The position numbers and the translations under genes were made by a program. Below the pieces are notes generated by a model. That model saw only the letters and a list, made by a program, of their open reading frames with translations. It was not told the DNA's origin and ran no database searches. From positions 155,543 to 219,542 of the forward strand of contig JACJYS010000001.1 of the NCBI GenBank assembly GCA_020635995.1: 64,000 bases of DNA, given 5' to 3'. Origin of the DNA: Chitinophagales bacterium (lineage in GTDB: Bacteria; Bacteroidota; Bacteroidia; Chitinophagales; UBA8649). Shown here in pieces: positions 36,155 to 46,562 of the stretch (positions are counted from its first letter, which is position 1; the number at the start of each line of letters is the position of its first letter).

Positions 36155-37174
36155 ATGAATAGTAAAATAAAGTCTTTTTTAAAAATAGCCATTCCTTTTT
36201 TAATAGGCTTTTTACTTATTTATTTATATTTCAAACAACTTACACCTAAGGATATTGAAGACATAAAAAACGCTATAAAAGGAGCTAATTATTTTATGTT
36301 ATTAATTTCTGTTTTCTTTACTTTACTTAGTGATATTTTCCGTTCGTGGCGGTTTAAAAATCTTATAGATGCTACAGGACAAAAAATAACATTTATGAAA
36401 TCTTTTCACGCTGTAAATGTTAATTATTTAGTAAACTTAGGCATTCCAAGAGCCGGAGAATTGGCAAGGTGTGGCGTGCTGGCTACTTACGATAATATTC
36501 CTATTAATAAAAGCTTAGGTGTTTTAATAAACGAACGAATTGTAGATTTGATTTTACTGCTTTTTGTAGGCGGGTTAACCTTACTTTTTCAATATACTGT
36601 GTTTGTTAGTTTCTATAATGAATATATGGGAGCAACCGTAAAATCTGTTATTGATTGGTTTTTCTTACACCCTGTTATAGCCGGTATTTTGGGCATAGTG
36701 CTTATTATTGGTTTTTATGTTTTTACAAGATTTTTGTTTTCTAAAAATAAATCAACAGGAAAAATAACCAGTATTATTAATGGTTTTAAAGATGGGATTT
36801 TATCTGTGGTTCGCCTTAAAAAACCGTGGTTATTTGTCTTTCAATCATTGGCTATTTGGGTGTGTTATTTTTTTATGATTTATTTTGTTACCAAAACACT
36901 ACCACAATCTTCATTTTTAGGTTTTGATGCCACTTTAGCCATTTTATTTTTTGGAACATTTGGATTTTTAGCCACACCCGGGGGCATTGGCTCTTACCCT
37001 ATTATTGTAGGTTTACTTTTAGCATTATACGGCTTAGAAATGCATATAGGCACTACTTTGGGCTGGATTACTTACGTAGGGCAAACCATACTTATACTTT
37101 TTCTCGGTTTATTTTCTTTTATAATGCTGGGTAGAGAAAAAGCCAAGTTAAAATTGCTAAGTGCCGGTGAATAA
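36155..37174 (+). CDS. UPF0104 / lysylphosphatidylglycerol-synthase-TM-like (flippase-like) membrane protein
   Basis: Multi-pass membrane protein with an RAGELARC motif typical of the family. Confidence 0.7.
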   Translation: MNSKIKSFLKIAIPFLIGFLLIYLYFKQLTPKDIEDIKNAIKGANYFMLLISVFFTLLSDIFRSWRFKNLIDATGQKITFMKSFHAVNVNYLVNLGIPRAGELARCGVLATYDNIPINKSLGVLINERIVDLILLLFVGGLTLLFQYTVFVSFYNEYMGATVKSVIDWFFLHPVIAGILGIVLIIGFYVFTRFLFSKNKSTGKITSIINGFKDGILSVVRLKKPWLFVFQSLAIWVCYFFMIYFVTKTLPQSSFLGFDATLAILFFGTFGFLATPGGIGSYPIIVGLLLALYGLEMHIGTTLGWITYVGQTILILFLGLFSFIMLGREKAKLKLLSAGE

Positions 37175-37637
37175 GCTACAAACAGTAGAAGAATTAAAAA
37201 GAACCATTGCTCAATGGCAGTTAAAAAACAATATTGTAGTTTTTACTAATGGCTGTTTTGATATACTTCATACAGGGCATATTCATATTTTAGAAGAAGC
37301 AAAAAAACAAGGGCACAAACTAATAGTAGCATTAAATACAGATGCTTCGGTAAAAAAATTAAAAGGAAAAAACAGACCTATTAATGCTGAGTTAGATAGA
37401 GCTAAAGTAATATCGGCTATTGAAGCCGTAGATGCCGTAGTTTTATTTAATGAAGAAACTCCGCTTACTTTAATAAAGATACTACAACCGGATGTGCTGG
37501 TAAAAGGTGGAGATTACACTAAAAACAACATAGTGGGAGCTAAGGAAATAGAAAGTTGGGGTGGCAAAGTAGTAATAATTCCTTTTTTACAGGGTTTTTC
37601 AAGTACTTCTATTATAGAAAAGATGAAAAAGGCGTAA
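37161..37637 (+). CDS. Cytidylyltransferase-fold protein, RfaE domain II-like (D-beta-D-heptose 1-phosphate adenylyltransferase-like)
   Basis: FTNGCFDILHTGHIHIL nucleotidyltransferase motif; GTG start overlapping the upstream gene by 14 nt. Confidence 0.75.
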   Translation: MPVNKLQTVEELKRTIAQWQLKNNIVVFTNGCFDILHTGHIHILEEAKKQGHKLIVALNTDASVKKLKGKNRPINAELDRAKVISAIEAVDAVVLFNEETPLTLIKILQPDVLVKGGDYTKNNIVGAKEIESWGGKVVIIPFLQGFSSTSIIEKMKKA

Positions 37638-37661
37638 GCACTTGCTATATTTACACTTGAA

Positions 37662-40367
37662 ATGTCAAAATACACTTTAAAATTATCCGGACTTGAACCT
37701 TTAGTTGTTTATGAAGGTTCAAACTTTGTAAACGTAGGCGAAAGAACCAACGTTACCGGCTCCCGAGCTTTTTTGCGTTTAATAAAAGAAGAACAGTACG
37801 AAGAAGCTCTTTCTGTAGCTTTAGACCAAGTGCGTGGCGGAGCTCAAATATTGGATGTAAACATGGACGAAGGCATGCTTGACGGTGTTTCGGCTATGAC
37901 TACCTTTTTAAACTTAATTGCTTCAGAACCCGAAATTGCTAAAATTCCTATAATGATTGACAGCTCAAAATGGGAAATAATAGAAGCAGGGCTAAAGTGC
38001 GTGCAAGGGAAAAGCGTAGTAAACTCTATTTCTTTAAAAGAAGGAAAAGAAGCCTTTATAAACCATGCACAAAAAGTAAAAATGTACGGGGCGGCTACTA
38101 TTGTTATGGCTTTTGACGAAAATGGGCAAGCAGACACCTACCAGCGTAGAATAGATATTTGCAAAAGAAGTTATGATATTTTGGTAAACGAGGTGGGCTT
38201 TAATCCTGCCGATATTATTTTTGACCCCAATATTTTTCCCGTTGCTACAGGCTTAGAAGAACACCGCAACTATGCTGTAGATTTTTTTAAAGCTACTAAG
38301 TGGATAAAAGAAAACTTGCCGGGAGCAAAAGTTAGCGGTGGCGTTAGTAATGTATCTTTCTCTTTTAGAGGCAATAACACGGTTAGAGAAGCCATGCACT
38401 CCGCTTTCTTATATCATGCTATAAATAATGGAATGGATATGGGTATTGTAAACCCCACCATGCTTGAAGTTTATGATGATATTCCTAAAGATTTGCTGGA
38501 AAGAGTAGAAGATGTTTTGCTAAACAGAAGAGAAGATGCTACGGAAAGATTACTTGAATTTGCGGAAACCGTAAAAGGCGTAAAAAAAGACAAAAAAGAA
38601 GATGAAGCATGGAGAAAAGACCCTGTAGCTAAGCGTTTAGAACACGCCTTAGTTAAAGGAATAGTAGATTATATAGAGGAAGACACTGAAGAAGCCCGAC
38701 AAATGTTTGATAAACCGCTTAGCGTTATTGAAGGACCACTAATGGACGGCATGAATGTAGTAGGCGATTTATTTGGTGCAGGCAAAATGTTTTTACCCCA
38801 AGTGGTAAAATCGGCAAGGGTAATGAAAAAAGCCGTAGCATACTTAATGCCTTATTTAGAAGCTGAAAAAACAGATAAAACTTCAAGAGGTAAGGTGCTA
38901 ATGGCAACGGTAAAAGGCGATGTGCATGATATTGGAAAAAATATAGTGGGTGTAGTGTTGGCGTGCAATGGTTTTGAAGTAATAGACTTGGGGGTAATGG
39001 TTCCTGCCGAAAAAATATTGGAAGAAGCCAAAAAACAGCAAGTAGATGTAATTGGTTTAAGTGGATTAATAACACCTTCTTTAGATGAAATGGTGCATGT
39101 GGCTAAAGAAATGGAACGCGAAGGTTTTAATATTCCACTTTTAATAGGTGGAGCTACCACGTCTAAAATTCATACGGCAGTAAAAATAGACGAAAACTAC
39201 ACTAAAGGACAAAGTATTTATGTGTTAGATGCCTCTCGTTCTGTGCCTATTGTAGAAAAACTGCTAAGCGATTTAAAACAAAACTTAATAGACGAAACAC
39301 GCAAAGAGTATGCCCTAATGCGTGAAGAATACAAAAACAGACAGCCAAACATTAAATATGTTTCGTTTAAAGAAGCACAAAAAAACAAGCTTAAATTAAG
39401 TTTTGAAAACATAGTCAAACCTAATTTTTTAGGCATTAAAGTTTTAAAAGATTTTGACCTAAGCAAACTGAAAGAAACTTTTGATTGGAGTCCGTTTTTT
39501 ATAACTTGGGAAATGAAAGGCACTTACCCCAAAATATTAACCAGCAAAAAATACGGGATAGAAGCCACCAAACTTTTTAATGATGCCAATGTTATGCTGG
39601 ATAAAATTATAAACGAAAAATGGTTGCAAGCCAATGCTGTTTTCGGAATTTTTAATGCTAAAAGTAAAGATGAAGATGTCTTTATATCTATGCCTAAAAA
39701 AGAAAAATTAGAGGGGGAGGAAATTCTCCCACCTTTTAGGGGAGAGTTAGAGGGGGGTAATGATAACATAAAACTCCACTTTATGCGTCAGCAGGGCGAA
39801 AAAAGGGAAGGAAGTTTTAACGGCTGTTTAGCCGATTATATTTCTCCTAATGGAGATGATTACATGGGTGCTTTTGCCGTAACGGCAGGAATTGGTATAG
39901 AAAAAAAGCTTGAAGAGTTTAAAAAAGACCATGACGATTACAGCAGTATTATGTTAAAAGCATTAGCCGATAGGCTGGCAGAGGCTTTTGCCGAATACTT
40001 GCACCGAGAAGTACGTAAAAACTACTGGGCTTATGCTAAAAATGAAGATTTAGACAATGAAGAATTGATAAAAGAGCGATACCAAGGTATAAGACCTGCA
40101 CCCGGCTATGCCGCCTGCCCCGACCACACAGAAAAAGCCACACTTTGGCAACTTCTTGATGTTGAAAAGAATACAGATATAAAAATTACAGAAAGTTTTG
40201 CTATGTATCCTACAGCCAGCGTTAGTGGTTGGTATTTTGCACACCCCGATGCAAAATATTTTGGTGTAGGCAAAATAGGAAAAGACCAATTAGAAAGCTT
40301 AGCACAACGCAAAGGAAAAAGTGTAGAAGAAATGGAAAAATGGCTGAGCGTTAATTTGAATTATTAA
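37662..40367 (+). CDS. metH: Cobalamin-dependent methionine synthase, lacking the N-terminal homocysteine-binding domain
   Basis: The ORF starts at the pterin-binding domain (LSGLEPL...[13 protein letters not shown]). It has the B12 motifs [18 protein letters not shown] and LLIGGA, and the AdoMet-domain motif [12 protein letters not shown]. Confidence 0.9.
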   Translation: MSKYTLKLSGLEPLVVYEGSNFVNVGERTNVTGSRAFLRLIKEEQYEEALSVALDQVRGGAQILDVNMDEGMLDGVSAMTTFLNLIASEPEIAKIPIMIDSSKWEIIEAGLKCVQGKSVVNSISLKEGKEAFINHAQKVKMYGAATIVMAFDENGQADTYQRRIDICKRSYDILVNEVGFNPADIIFDPNIFPVATGLEEHRNYAVDFFKATKWIKENLPGAKVSGGVSNVSFSFRGNNTVREAMHSAFLYHAINNGMDMGIVNPTMLEVYDDIPKDLLERVEDVLLNRREDATERLLEFAETVKGVKKDKKEDEAWRKDPVAKRLEHALVKGIVDYIEEDTEEARQMFDKPLSVIEGPLMDGMNVVGDLFGAGKMFLPQVVKSARVMKKAVAYLMPYLEAEKTDKTSRGKVLMATVKGDVHDIGKNIVGVVLACNGFEVIDLGVMVPAEKILEEAKKQQVDVIGLSGLITPSLDEMVHVAKEMEREGFNIPLLIGGATTSKIHTAVKIDENYTKGQSIYVLDASRSVPIVEKLLSDLKQNLIDETRKEYALMREEYKNRQPNIKYVSFKEAQKNKLKLSFENIVKPNFLGIKVLKDFDLSKLKETFDWSPFFITWEMKGTYPKILTSKKYGIEATKLFNDANVMLDKIINEKWLQANAVFGIFNAKSKDEDVFISMPKKEKLEGEEILPPFRGELEGGNDNIKLHFMRQQGEKREGSFNGCLADYISPNGDDYMGAFAVTAGIGIEKKLEEFKKDHDDYSSIMLKALADRLAEAFAEYLHREVRKNYWAYAKNEDLDNEELIKERYQGIRPAPGYAACPDHTEKATLWQLLDVEKNTDIKITESFAMYPTASVSGWYFAHPDAKYFGVGKIGKDQLESLAQRKGKSVEEMEKWLSVNLNY
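39708..39756 (+). repeat. GC-rich 39-nt in-frame insertion bounded by 10-nt direct repeats (TTAGAGGGGG) inside metH
   Basis: TTAGAGGGGG occurs at 39708-39717 and 39747-39756. The segment encodes [17 protein letters not shown]. The local G-richness contrasts with the AT-rich flanks. Confidence 0.6.
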
Positions 40368-40383
40368 ATTGTATTTTAGCTCC

Positions 40384-41910
40384 ATGAAAAATATAGTGCT
40401 TTTATTTTTTAGTGTTTTTTGTTTTGTTGTCGGGTTTTCTCAATCAAAATTGAGTACGCCCTACGAAACAATATATACCCACTTACACAACTTAGAAGAC
40501 AATAATTATTACCCACAAAAAGCCGCTTTAGCTATAAATCCGCAGCTTTTAAAAGGCGAAAATGCTATAAATGCAGCCATAAAACTAAAGGAAATATTAA
40601 ACGGAAAAGGTATTTATATTTTATACAATAAAATACCCGATGAAACAGACTATACCGATTCTACTTCAAAAAAACAGCAATATACTTTAGCTATTGCAGA
40701 GCCAGGCATTTATGTAGAAAAAGTAGGCAATAACTGGTATTACAGCCAAGAAACCATAGAAAATATACCTAAACTGTACAAAGAAGTTTTTCCTTTAGGA
40801 ACAAGTATTTTTAGTAGCATACTACCCGACAGTATTGGAAATAAAAAAACATTTTTACTAAAAAACTGGCAATGGTTGGGTATAGGTTTAATTATTCTTG
40901 CCGGGTTTTTTATGCGATTATTGGCTAATTATATTTCTAAAGTTTTATCAAAATATATAGATAAGTTTGCTTTAGCAAAAACAGCCGATAGAGAGAAATT
41001 AATCCATGAATTTTTAAAGGCGTTAAACCTATTTTTAATCATTTTTGTAATAAGAATTTTAGTGCCAAGCTTGCAGTTGGCTCCTAAATTTTCGGCATTG
41101 CTTATAAAAGGCTTTAACATTCTACTTATATTTTTAGGTGCTTTTGTGTTTAGAAGATTAGTATTTATAGGCTTAGATTTAGTAAATAAATATACCAATA
41201 GAAGCAAATCTCGCTTAGACGACCAACTGCTTCCCATAGCTAAAAATTTATTTACCATTCTTATTGGCTTAATTGCATTTTCGTTGGCTTTGAAACAGCT
41301 AAATGTTAATTTAACAGCCATTATTGCCGGAGTTTCCATTGGTGGATTGGCTATTGCATTAGCTTCGCAGGATACGGTTAAAAACTTTATAGGCTCTATT
41401 ACTATTTTATTTGACCATCCTTTTGAGTTGGGCGATTATATTATTTTATCGGGAACAGAAGGAACGGTAGAAAAAGTAGGTATGCGTGCCACCAGAATAC
41501 GCACACCCAACCAATCTTTAGCCTATATTCCTAATGGCGATTTATCTAATATGATAATAGATAATTACGGGCTAAGATTGTATAGAAGATGGGATTTAAC
41601 GCTGGGTGTCGAATATGGAACAAGCACTGCCAAAATTGAGGATTTTTGCAAAAGAATAACTCAAATGCTTGAAGAATTAGATTATATAGCCGATAATAGG
41701 TCTTTAGTAAGACTAAATTCTTTAGGAAGCTCTTCTATCAATATTTTTTGTATGATATTTATAGATGTTAAAACCTATAATTTAGAATTAGAGAGTAAAC
41801 ACAATATTTTACTAAAAATAATTGATTTAGCCAATGAATTAGGAATTGGTTTTGCTTTCCCAACTCAAACATTACATTTATTAAACAACAAAAGTGAAAA
41901 GACTTCCTAA
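40384..41910 (+). CDS. Mechanosensitive ion channel family protein (MscS-like)
   Basis: Signal/TM N-terminus from the ATG at 40384. The pore-helix/beta-domain region is GGLAIALASQDTVKNFIGSITILFDHPFELGDYI. Confidence 0.85.
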   Translation: MKNIVLLFFSVFCFVVGFSQSKLSTPYETIYTHLHNLEDNNYYPQKAALAINPQLLKGENAINAAIKLKEILNGKGIYILYNKIPDETDYTDSTSKKQQYTLAIAEPGIYVEKVGNNWYYSQETIENIPKLYKEVFPLGTSIFSSILPDSIGNKKTFLLKNWQWLGIGLIILAGFFMRLLANYISKVLSKYIDKFALAKTADREKLIHEFLKALNLFLIIFVIRILVPSLQLAPKFSALLIKGFNILLIFLGAFVFRRLVFIGLDLVNKYTNRSKSRLDDQLLPIAKNLFTILIGLIAFSLALKQLNVNLTAIIAGVSIGGLAIALASQDTVKNFIGSITILFDHPFELGDYIILSGTEGTVEKVGMRATRIRTPNQSLAYIPNGDLSNMIIDNYGLRLYRRWDLTLGVEYGTSTAKIEDFCKRITQMLEELDYIADNRSLVRLNSLGSSSINIFCMIFIDVKTYNLELESKHNILLKIIDLANELGIGFAFPTQTLHLLNNKSEKTS

Positions 41911-42334
41911 AATAGTATTGCTTAGTCTAATTTTTGCTTGTATAGGCATTACTACAGAGGTTGTTTTTACTTCGCTTACTAAAGTTTACAACAATTATTT
42001 TGCTCATGGAATAATAGATTGGGCATTAGGTGGCAAAACCTACCTTTGGATGTTTTTTATTTATATGATTATTCCGTTATTATTTAAAACTTTTCATCCC
42101 TTTGTAGAAAAATATTCCATTTTTATTAGAGCTTTAATTGCTGTATTTTTTGTTTACGTTATTGAGTTTTCTACGGGTTTAATTTTAGAGCTTACTACTG
42201 GTGTTTGCCCTTGGAAATACACTACGGGTTGGCACATAATGGGTTATATCCGAATAGATTATTTTCCATTTTGGTATGTTTTTGCCTTAATAATTATTAA
42301 TGTTTATCAAACATTGGACAAACGCTTGCATTAG
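41894..42334 (+). CDS. Small multi-pass membrane protein (possibly DUF1113/CmpB-like)
   Basis: Four hydrophobic segments; GVCPWKY motif; GTG start overlapping the mscS-like gene. Confidence 0.45.
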   Translation: MKRLPKIVLLSLIFACIGITTEVVFTSLTKVYNNYFAHGIIDWALGGKTYLWMFFIYMIIPLLFKTFHPFVEKYSIFIRALIAVFFVYVIEFSTGLILELTTGVCPWKYTTGWHIMGYIRIDYFPFWYVFALIIINVYQTLDKRLH

Positions 42335-42385
42335 TTGTACACTAATTAACCCCCTCATTTATTAGTTTTACAAAAAAATAGTGCA

Positions 42386-43297
42386 ATGTTAAAAACAGCA
42401 AGCCTTTTAATTTTTACTTTAGTAATAGTTCCTTTTATTGCCTTTAAATTTGGTACACCACTAACTGTAGAGCAGTTGGCTTTGCTTAAAATATTATTCA
42501 TCACTACTATTACCATAGCTTTAGCTTGTTTTATAATAAGCGAAATAACAAAAAACTACAGCCAAACCGATAAATTATGGAGTATAACACCAATAATATA
42601 CGTTTGGATAGCTACGGCTTATTCAGATTGGAATATAAGAATGATTTTTCTATCTGTTTTAGTTAGTATTTGGGGTATTAGATTAACCTATAATTTTTCA
42701 AGACGAGGAGGTTATTCTCTTAAATTTTGGGAAGGAGAAGAAGACTACCGCTGGACAGTGCTTAAACAGCACAAACCGTTAAATATTCCGTGGGTTTTTA
42801 GTATTTTTAATCTGTTGTTTATTAGTTTGTATCAGCATTTACTTATTTTGTTTTTTACATTGCCTATTATTTTATCTATAAACACTACCGCTATATTTTG
42901 GTATGATTATGTGCTGGCAGGCTTCATGCTTTTATTTATTGCCATAGAAACTAAAGCAGACCAAGAGCAGTGGAACTATCAAACCGAAAAACATAAGCGT
43001 ATTAACAACAAAGAAGAATTAAATCCTTTGTATAAAAAAGGTTTTGTGCATACGGGTTTGTGGGGTATAGTTAGGCATCCTAATTATGCGGCAGAGCAAG
43101 CTATTTGGATTACATTTTACTTATTTAGCATAAGTGCCACGGGGCAATGGATAAACTGGAGTATTATGGGATGCTTGCTTTTAGTAGTACTTTTTAAAAG
43201 CAGTTCAGATTTTAGCGAAAAAATAAGTGCATCAAAATATCCCGATTATATTGCTTACCAAAAGAAAATTGGTAAATTTTTACCTAAATTTGTGTAG
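42386..43297 (+). CDS. DUF1295 family membrane protein (steroid 5-alpha-reductase/ICMT-like fold)
   Basis: GLWGIVRHPNYAAEQAIW motif; multi-pass membrane protein. Confidence 0.7.
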   Translation: MLKTASLLIFTLVIVPFIAFKFGTPLTVEQLALLKILFITTITIALACFIISEITKNYSQTDKLWSITPIIYVWIATAYSDWNIRMIFLSVLVSIWGIRLTYNFSRRGGYSLKFWEGEEDYRWTVLKQHKPLNIPWVFSIFNLLFISLYQHLLILFFTLPIILSINTTAIFWYDYVLAGFMLLFIAIETKADQEQWNYQTEKHKRINNKEELNPLYKKGFVHTGLWGIVRHPNYAAEQAIWITFYLFSISATGQWINWSIMGCLLLVVLFKSSSDFSEKISASKYPDYIAYQKKIGKFLPKFV

Positions 43298-44046
43298 TGG
43301 CTTTCAGCTTAAAAAGATACATACCTAATACGCTTACACTTACTAACCTTTTGTGTGGATGTTTTGCCATATTTAGCCTTTTTATGGACAGAACTAATCT
43401 TGTTTTGCCCTTTATTATCATTGCTATGTTTGCCGATTTTTTTGATGGCATGATAGCTCGTTTGTTAAATGTAAAAACACCTATAGGCAAAGATTTAGAT
43501 AGTTTGGCAGATGTTGTAAGTTTTGGGGTAGTGCCTTCTTTTTTAATGATTTACTTGGTAGTACTGGCACACCCTATTAATAATACCAATAATTTTATTG
43601 ATGAACTAAAAAGTATAAATTCATTACAAACATATTTAGTTATATTTTTTCCACTTATTATAGCTTTGTTTTCGGCATTGCGGTTAGCTAAATTTAATAT
43701 TTCTACAAATCAAAGTTCAGAATTTAAAGGCTTAGCCACACCAGCGTGCACCGTATTTGTTTTAGGATTGTTTCATAATTATATAGCTGGGAATGAATAT
43801 TTTAACTTTATTTATAAACCTTTAGTCTTAAATATAATTAGTTTAATATTAGCTTTGTTATTGGTAAGTAATATTCCTATGTTTAGTTTTAAAGTGGGTA
43901 GCTTGTCCGTTAAAGAGAATCCTTTTCAAATAACATTTATTTTGTTAGGAATTATCTTACTTATGATGTTTAACTTAAGTGGGTTGCCACTTATAGTTTT
44001 GTTATATATTATACTGAATTTATTTAAAAACTTGATAAAAAGATGA
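43297..44046 (+). CDS. pssA: CDP-diacylglycerol--serine O-phosphatidyltransferase
   Basis: CDP-alcohol phosphatidyltransferase motif DFFDGMIARLLNVKTPIGKDLDSLADVVSFG; GTG start. Confidence 0.8.
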   Translation: MAFSLKRYIPNTLTLTNLLCGCFAIFSLFMDRTNLVLPFIIIAMFADFFDGMIARLLNVKTPIGKDLDSLADVVSFGVVPSFLMIYLVVLAHPINNTNNFIDELKSINSLQTYLVIFFPLIIALFSALRLAKFNISTNQSSEFKGLATPACTVFVLGLFHNYIAGNEYFNFIYKPLVLNIISLILALLLVSNIPMFSFKVGSLSVKENPFQITFILLGIILLMMFNLSGLPLIVLLYIILNLFKNLIKR

Positions 44047-44294
44047 AATTTAGAGCAGAAATTAATGTAATTCCCGGTGCAGAAACAAAAAATACAGAAG
44101 GGAAAAGAATTATGGACGACCTTAAAAAAGCACGCATAGACAATGTTGAAAACATAACCATAGGAAAGTTTTATACTTTTGAAGTAGAAGCTAACTCTTA
44201 TAATGCTGCCAATGCCTTTGTGGGGGATGCTTGTAAAAATGTTTTTGCCAAAAACGATGATGATGCTTTTGATTTCACTATAGACGAAATTTGA
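44043..44294 (+). CDS. purS: Phosphoribosylformylglycinamidine synthase subunit PurS
   Basis: 83 aa starting MKFRAEINVIP, with a ...IGKFYTFEVEA... pattern typical of PurS. Confidence 0.65.
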   Translation: MKFRAEINVIPGAETKNTEGKRIMDDLKKARIDNVENITIGKFYTFEVEANSYNAANAFVGDACKNVFAKNDDDAFDFTIDEI

Positions 44295-44959
44295 AAGGAA
44301 AGCTTTATATAATACCCACACCTATAGGCAACTTAAAAGACATAACTTTTAGAGCCATAGAGGTACTTAAAGAAGTAGATTTAATATTAGCAGAAGATAC
44401 GCGACAAACCAAAAAACTGCTTGACCACTATGCCATAGACAAACCTATGTGGGCACACCACAAGTTTAATGAGCATAATGCCACAGAAAGCGTTGTAAAA
44501 AAGTTGCTTGGGGGTAATAATCTTGCCCTCGTTTCTGATGGTGGTACACCGGCTATTTCCGATCCCGGATTTTATTTGGTGCGTGCTTGTATAGAGCAAG
44601 GCATAGCAATAGAAACGCTACCCGGAGCTACAGCTTTTGTGCCTGCATTAGTAAATTCAGGTTTTTCTTCTGATAGTTTTGTGTTTATGGGTTTTCCACC
44701 ACATAAAAAAGGACGTAAAACACTTTTTGAAAATATAGCACAAGAAAGTAGAACAGTTATTTTGTATGAATCGCCACACCGCATAGTTAAAACTTTAGAA
44801 CAAATAACGGAATATATAGGTGCAGAAACGCAGATTTCTATTTCAAGAGAATTAACCAAAACCTACGAAGAAACACTAAGAGGCACAGCCCAAGAGCTAC
44901 TACAACATTTTAAAACTACTAAACCTAAAGGGGAATTTGTGGTGGTGGTAGGGCGGTAG
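44291..44959 (+). CDS. rsmI: 16S rRNA (cytidine1402-2'-O)-methyltransferase
   Basis: LYIIPTPIGNLKDITFRAIEVLKEVDLILAEDTR and LVSDGGTPAISDPG motifs; TTG start. Confidence 0.85.
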   Translation: MKGKLYIIPTPIGNLKDITFRAIEVLKEVDLILAEDTRQTKKLLDHYAIDKPMWAHHKFNEHNATESVVKKLLGGNNLALVSDGGTPAISDPGFYLVRACIEQGIAIETLPGATAFVPALVNSGFSSDSFVFMGFPPHKKGRKTLFENIAQESRTVILYESPHRIVKTLEQITEYIGAETQISISRELTKTYEETLRGTAQELLQHFKTTKPKGEFVVVVGR

Positions 44960-45007
44960 GTTTTATGCCAATTGAAAGGGAAGAGTAACTTTTTACTGTA
45001 TAAAAAT

Positions 45008-46552
45008 TTATTTTCCCCTTTTATCATCATCTTTTTTAGGTGTAGGCTTTACCTTTTCTTCTTTCTTTTCCTCTATTTCGTTTAGCTTATCGCCTTTTAA
45101 ATATTTTGGCAATTCTAATCCTGCCATGTTAAACAAATCATTTAATGGCGGAACGGAATTCATTAAACCCGAAACAAAATTTGCTGTTGAGTTAGAACCA
45201 TCTTTATTATTTCCGCTATCCCAAACCGTAACTTTATCAATCTTAATGTTTTTAACGGCTTCAACTTGTGTTCTAACCAATTCGGGAAGTTTTTCAAGCA
45301 ATAATAATTGAAAAGCATTGGTTGAATCGCCACCGGCAGCTTTTACCACTTGGTCGTATCCTTCTGCTTGCTTAGTAAGTATTTCGTACAAACCTTTAGC
45401 TTCGGCTTCCATTTTAGCATAAATGGCATCTGCTTCTCCTTTTGCGTTTAACCTTATTTGTTCCGCTTCTGCTTCGGCATCTATAATGGCACGTTTTTTA
45501 GCTATTTCTGCCGGAACTATAATATTAGCCATTTGAGTAGAACGCTCTCTTTCTGCACGAGCCGTTTCTGCTTTTTGTTCTGCCACATAAGATTCTTCAA
45601 GTGCTTTTGCCGCTTGCACTTTTTCGGCAGTCATTGCTATTTTTAAGGCTTCAGCCTCTTTTTCTCTACGCTGTGCATCTGAGTTGGCTATTGTTATTTT
45701 AGCCCTGTTTTCTCCTTCTACAGCTATAGAGTTTGCCTGCGAAGTAGCCACTCTTGATTCTTTTTCTGCTTCGGCTTTTCCTATCGCTTCATCTTTAATG
45801 GCAGAGGCAATGCTTACTTCTCTGTCTTTTTGAGTAATGGCAATTTTTACATCTCTATCTCTATTGGTTTCCGCTATTTGAACATCTTTCTCCCTATCGG
45901 CAACAGCTTTTCCTGTTTCTCCTATTTTTTCTTGTTCGGCTACACTTATTTTTGCATCATTTATAGCTTTAGCAGCCGCTTCTTTTCCTAAGGCTTCTAT
46001 ATACCCCGATTCGTCTTTTATATCTGTAACGTTTACATTTATTAGCTTTAAACCTATTTTCTTTAATTCTGTATCTACGTTTTTAGAAATATTGTCTAAA
46101 AATTTATCTCTGTCAGAATTAATTTCTTCTATGGTCATAGTGGCAATAACTAAACGCAACTGACCAAATAAAATATCTTTTGATAATTCTTGAATTTGAT
46201 CGGGAGTTAGTCCCAATAATCTTTCGGCAGCATTTCCCATACTGTCCGGTTCGGTAGAAATAGCTATGGTAAACCTACAAGGCACATCTACTCTAATATT
46301 TTGGCGAGATAACGCATTTGTTAAATTAGCTTCTATAGAAATAGGTTTTAAATCTAAGTAGGCATAGTCTTGAATAACCGGCCAAATAAATGCACCACCA
46401 CCATGAATACATTTAGCAGAAGAGCCACCTGTTCTACCATATATTACCAATACTTTATCTGAGGGGCATCTTTTATAGCGAGATATTAATGCAATAAATG
46501 TAATAAACAGTACAAATACTGCTACAAGAATTATAATAAAATAAGCATTCAT
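45008..46552 (-). CDS. Flotillin family (SPFH/band-7) protein, YqiK-like
   Basis: N-terminal TM helix, SPFH domain, and a long Ala/Glu/Lys-rich coiled coil. Confidence 0.85.
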   Translation of the reverse strand: MNAYFIIILVAVFVLFITFIALISRYKRCPSDKVLVIYGRTGGSSAKCIHGGGAFIWPVIQDYAYLDLKPISIEANLTNALSRQNIRVDVPCRFTIAISTEPDSMGNAAERLLGLTPDQIQELSKDILFGQLRLVIATMTIEEINSDRDKFLDNISKNVDTELKKIGLKLINVNVTDIKDESGYIEALGKEAAAKAINDAKISVAEQEKIGETGKAVADREKDVQIAETNRDRDVKIAITQKDREVSIASAIKDEAIGKAEAEKESRVATSQANSIAVEGENRAKITIANSDAQRREKEAEALKIAMTAEKVQAAKALEESYVAEQKAETARAERERSTQMANIIVPAEIAKKRAIIDAEAEAEQIRLNAKGEADAIYAKMEAEAKGLYEILTKQAEGYDQVVKAAGGDSTNAFQLLLLEKLPELVRTQVEAVKNIKIDKVTVWDSGNNKDGSNSTANFVSGLMNSVPPLNDLFNMAGLELPKYLKGDKLNEIEEKKEEKVKPTPKKDDDKRGK

Positions 46553-46562
46553 AAATGTGAGT

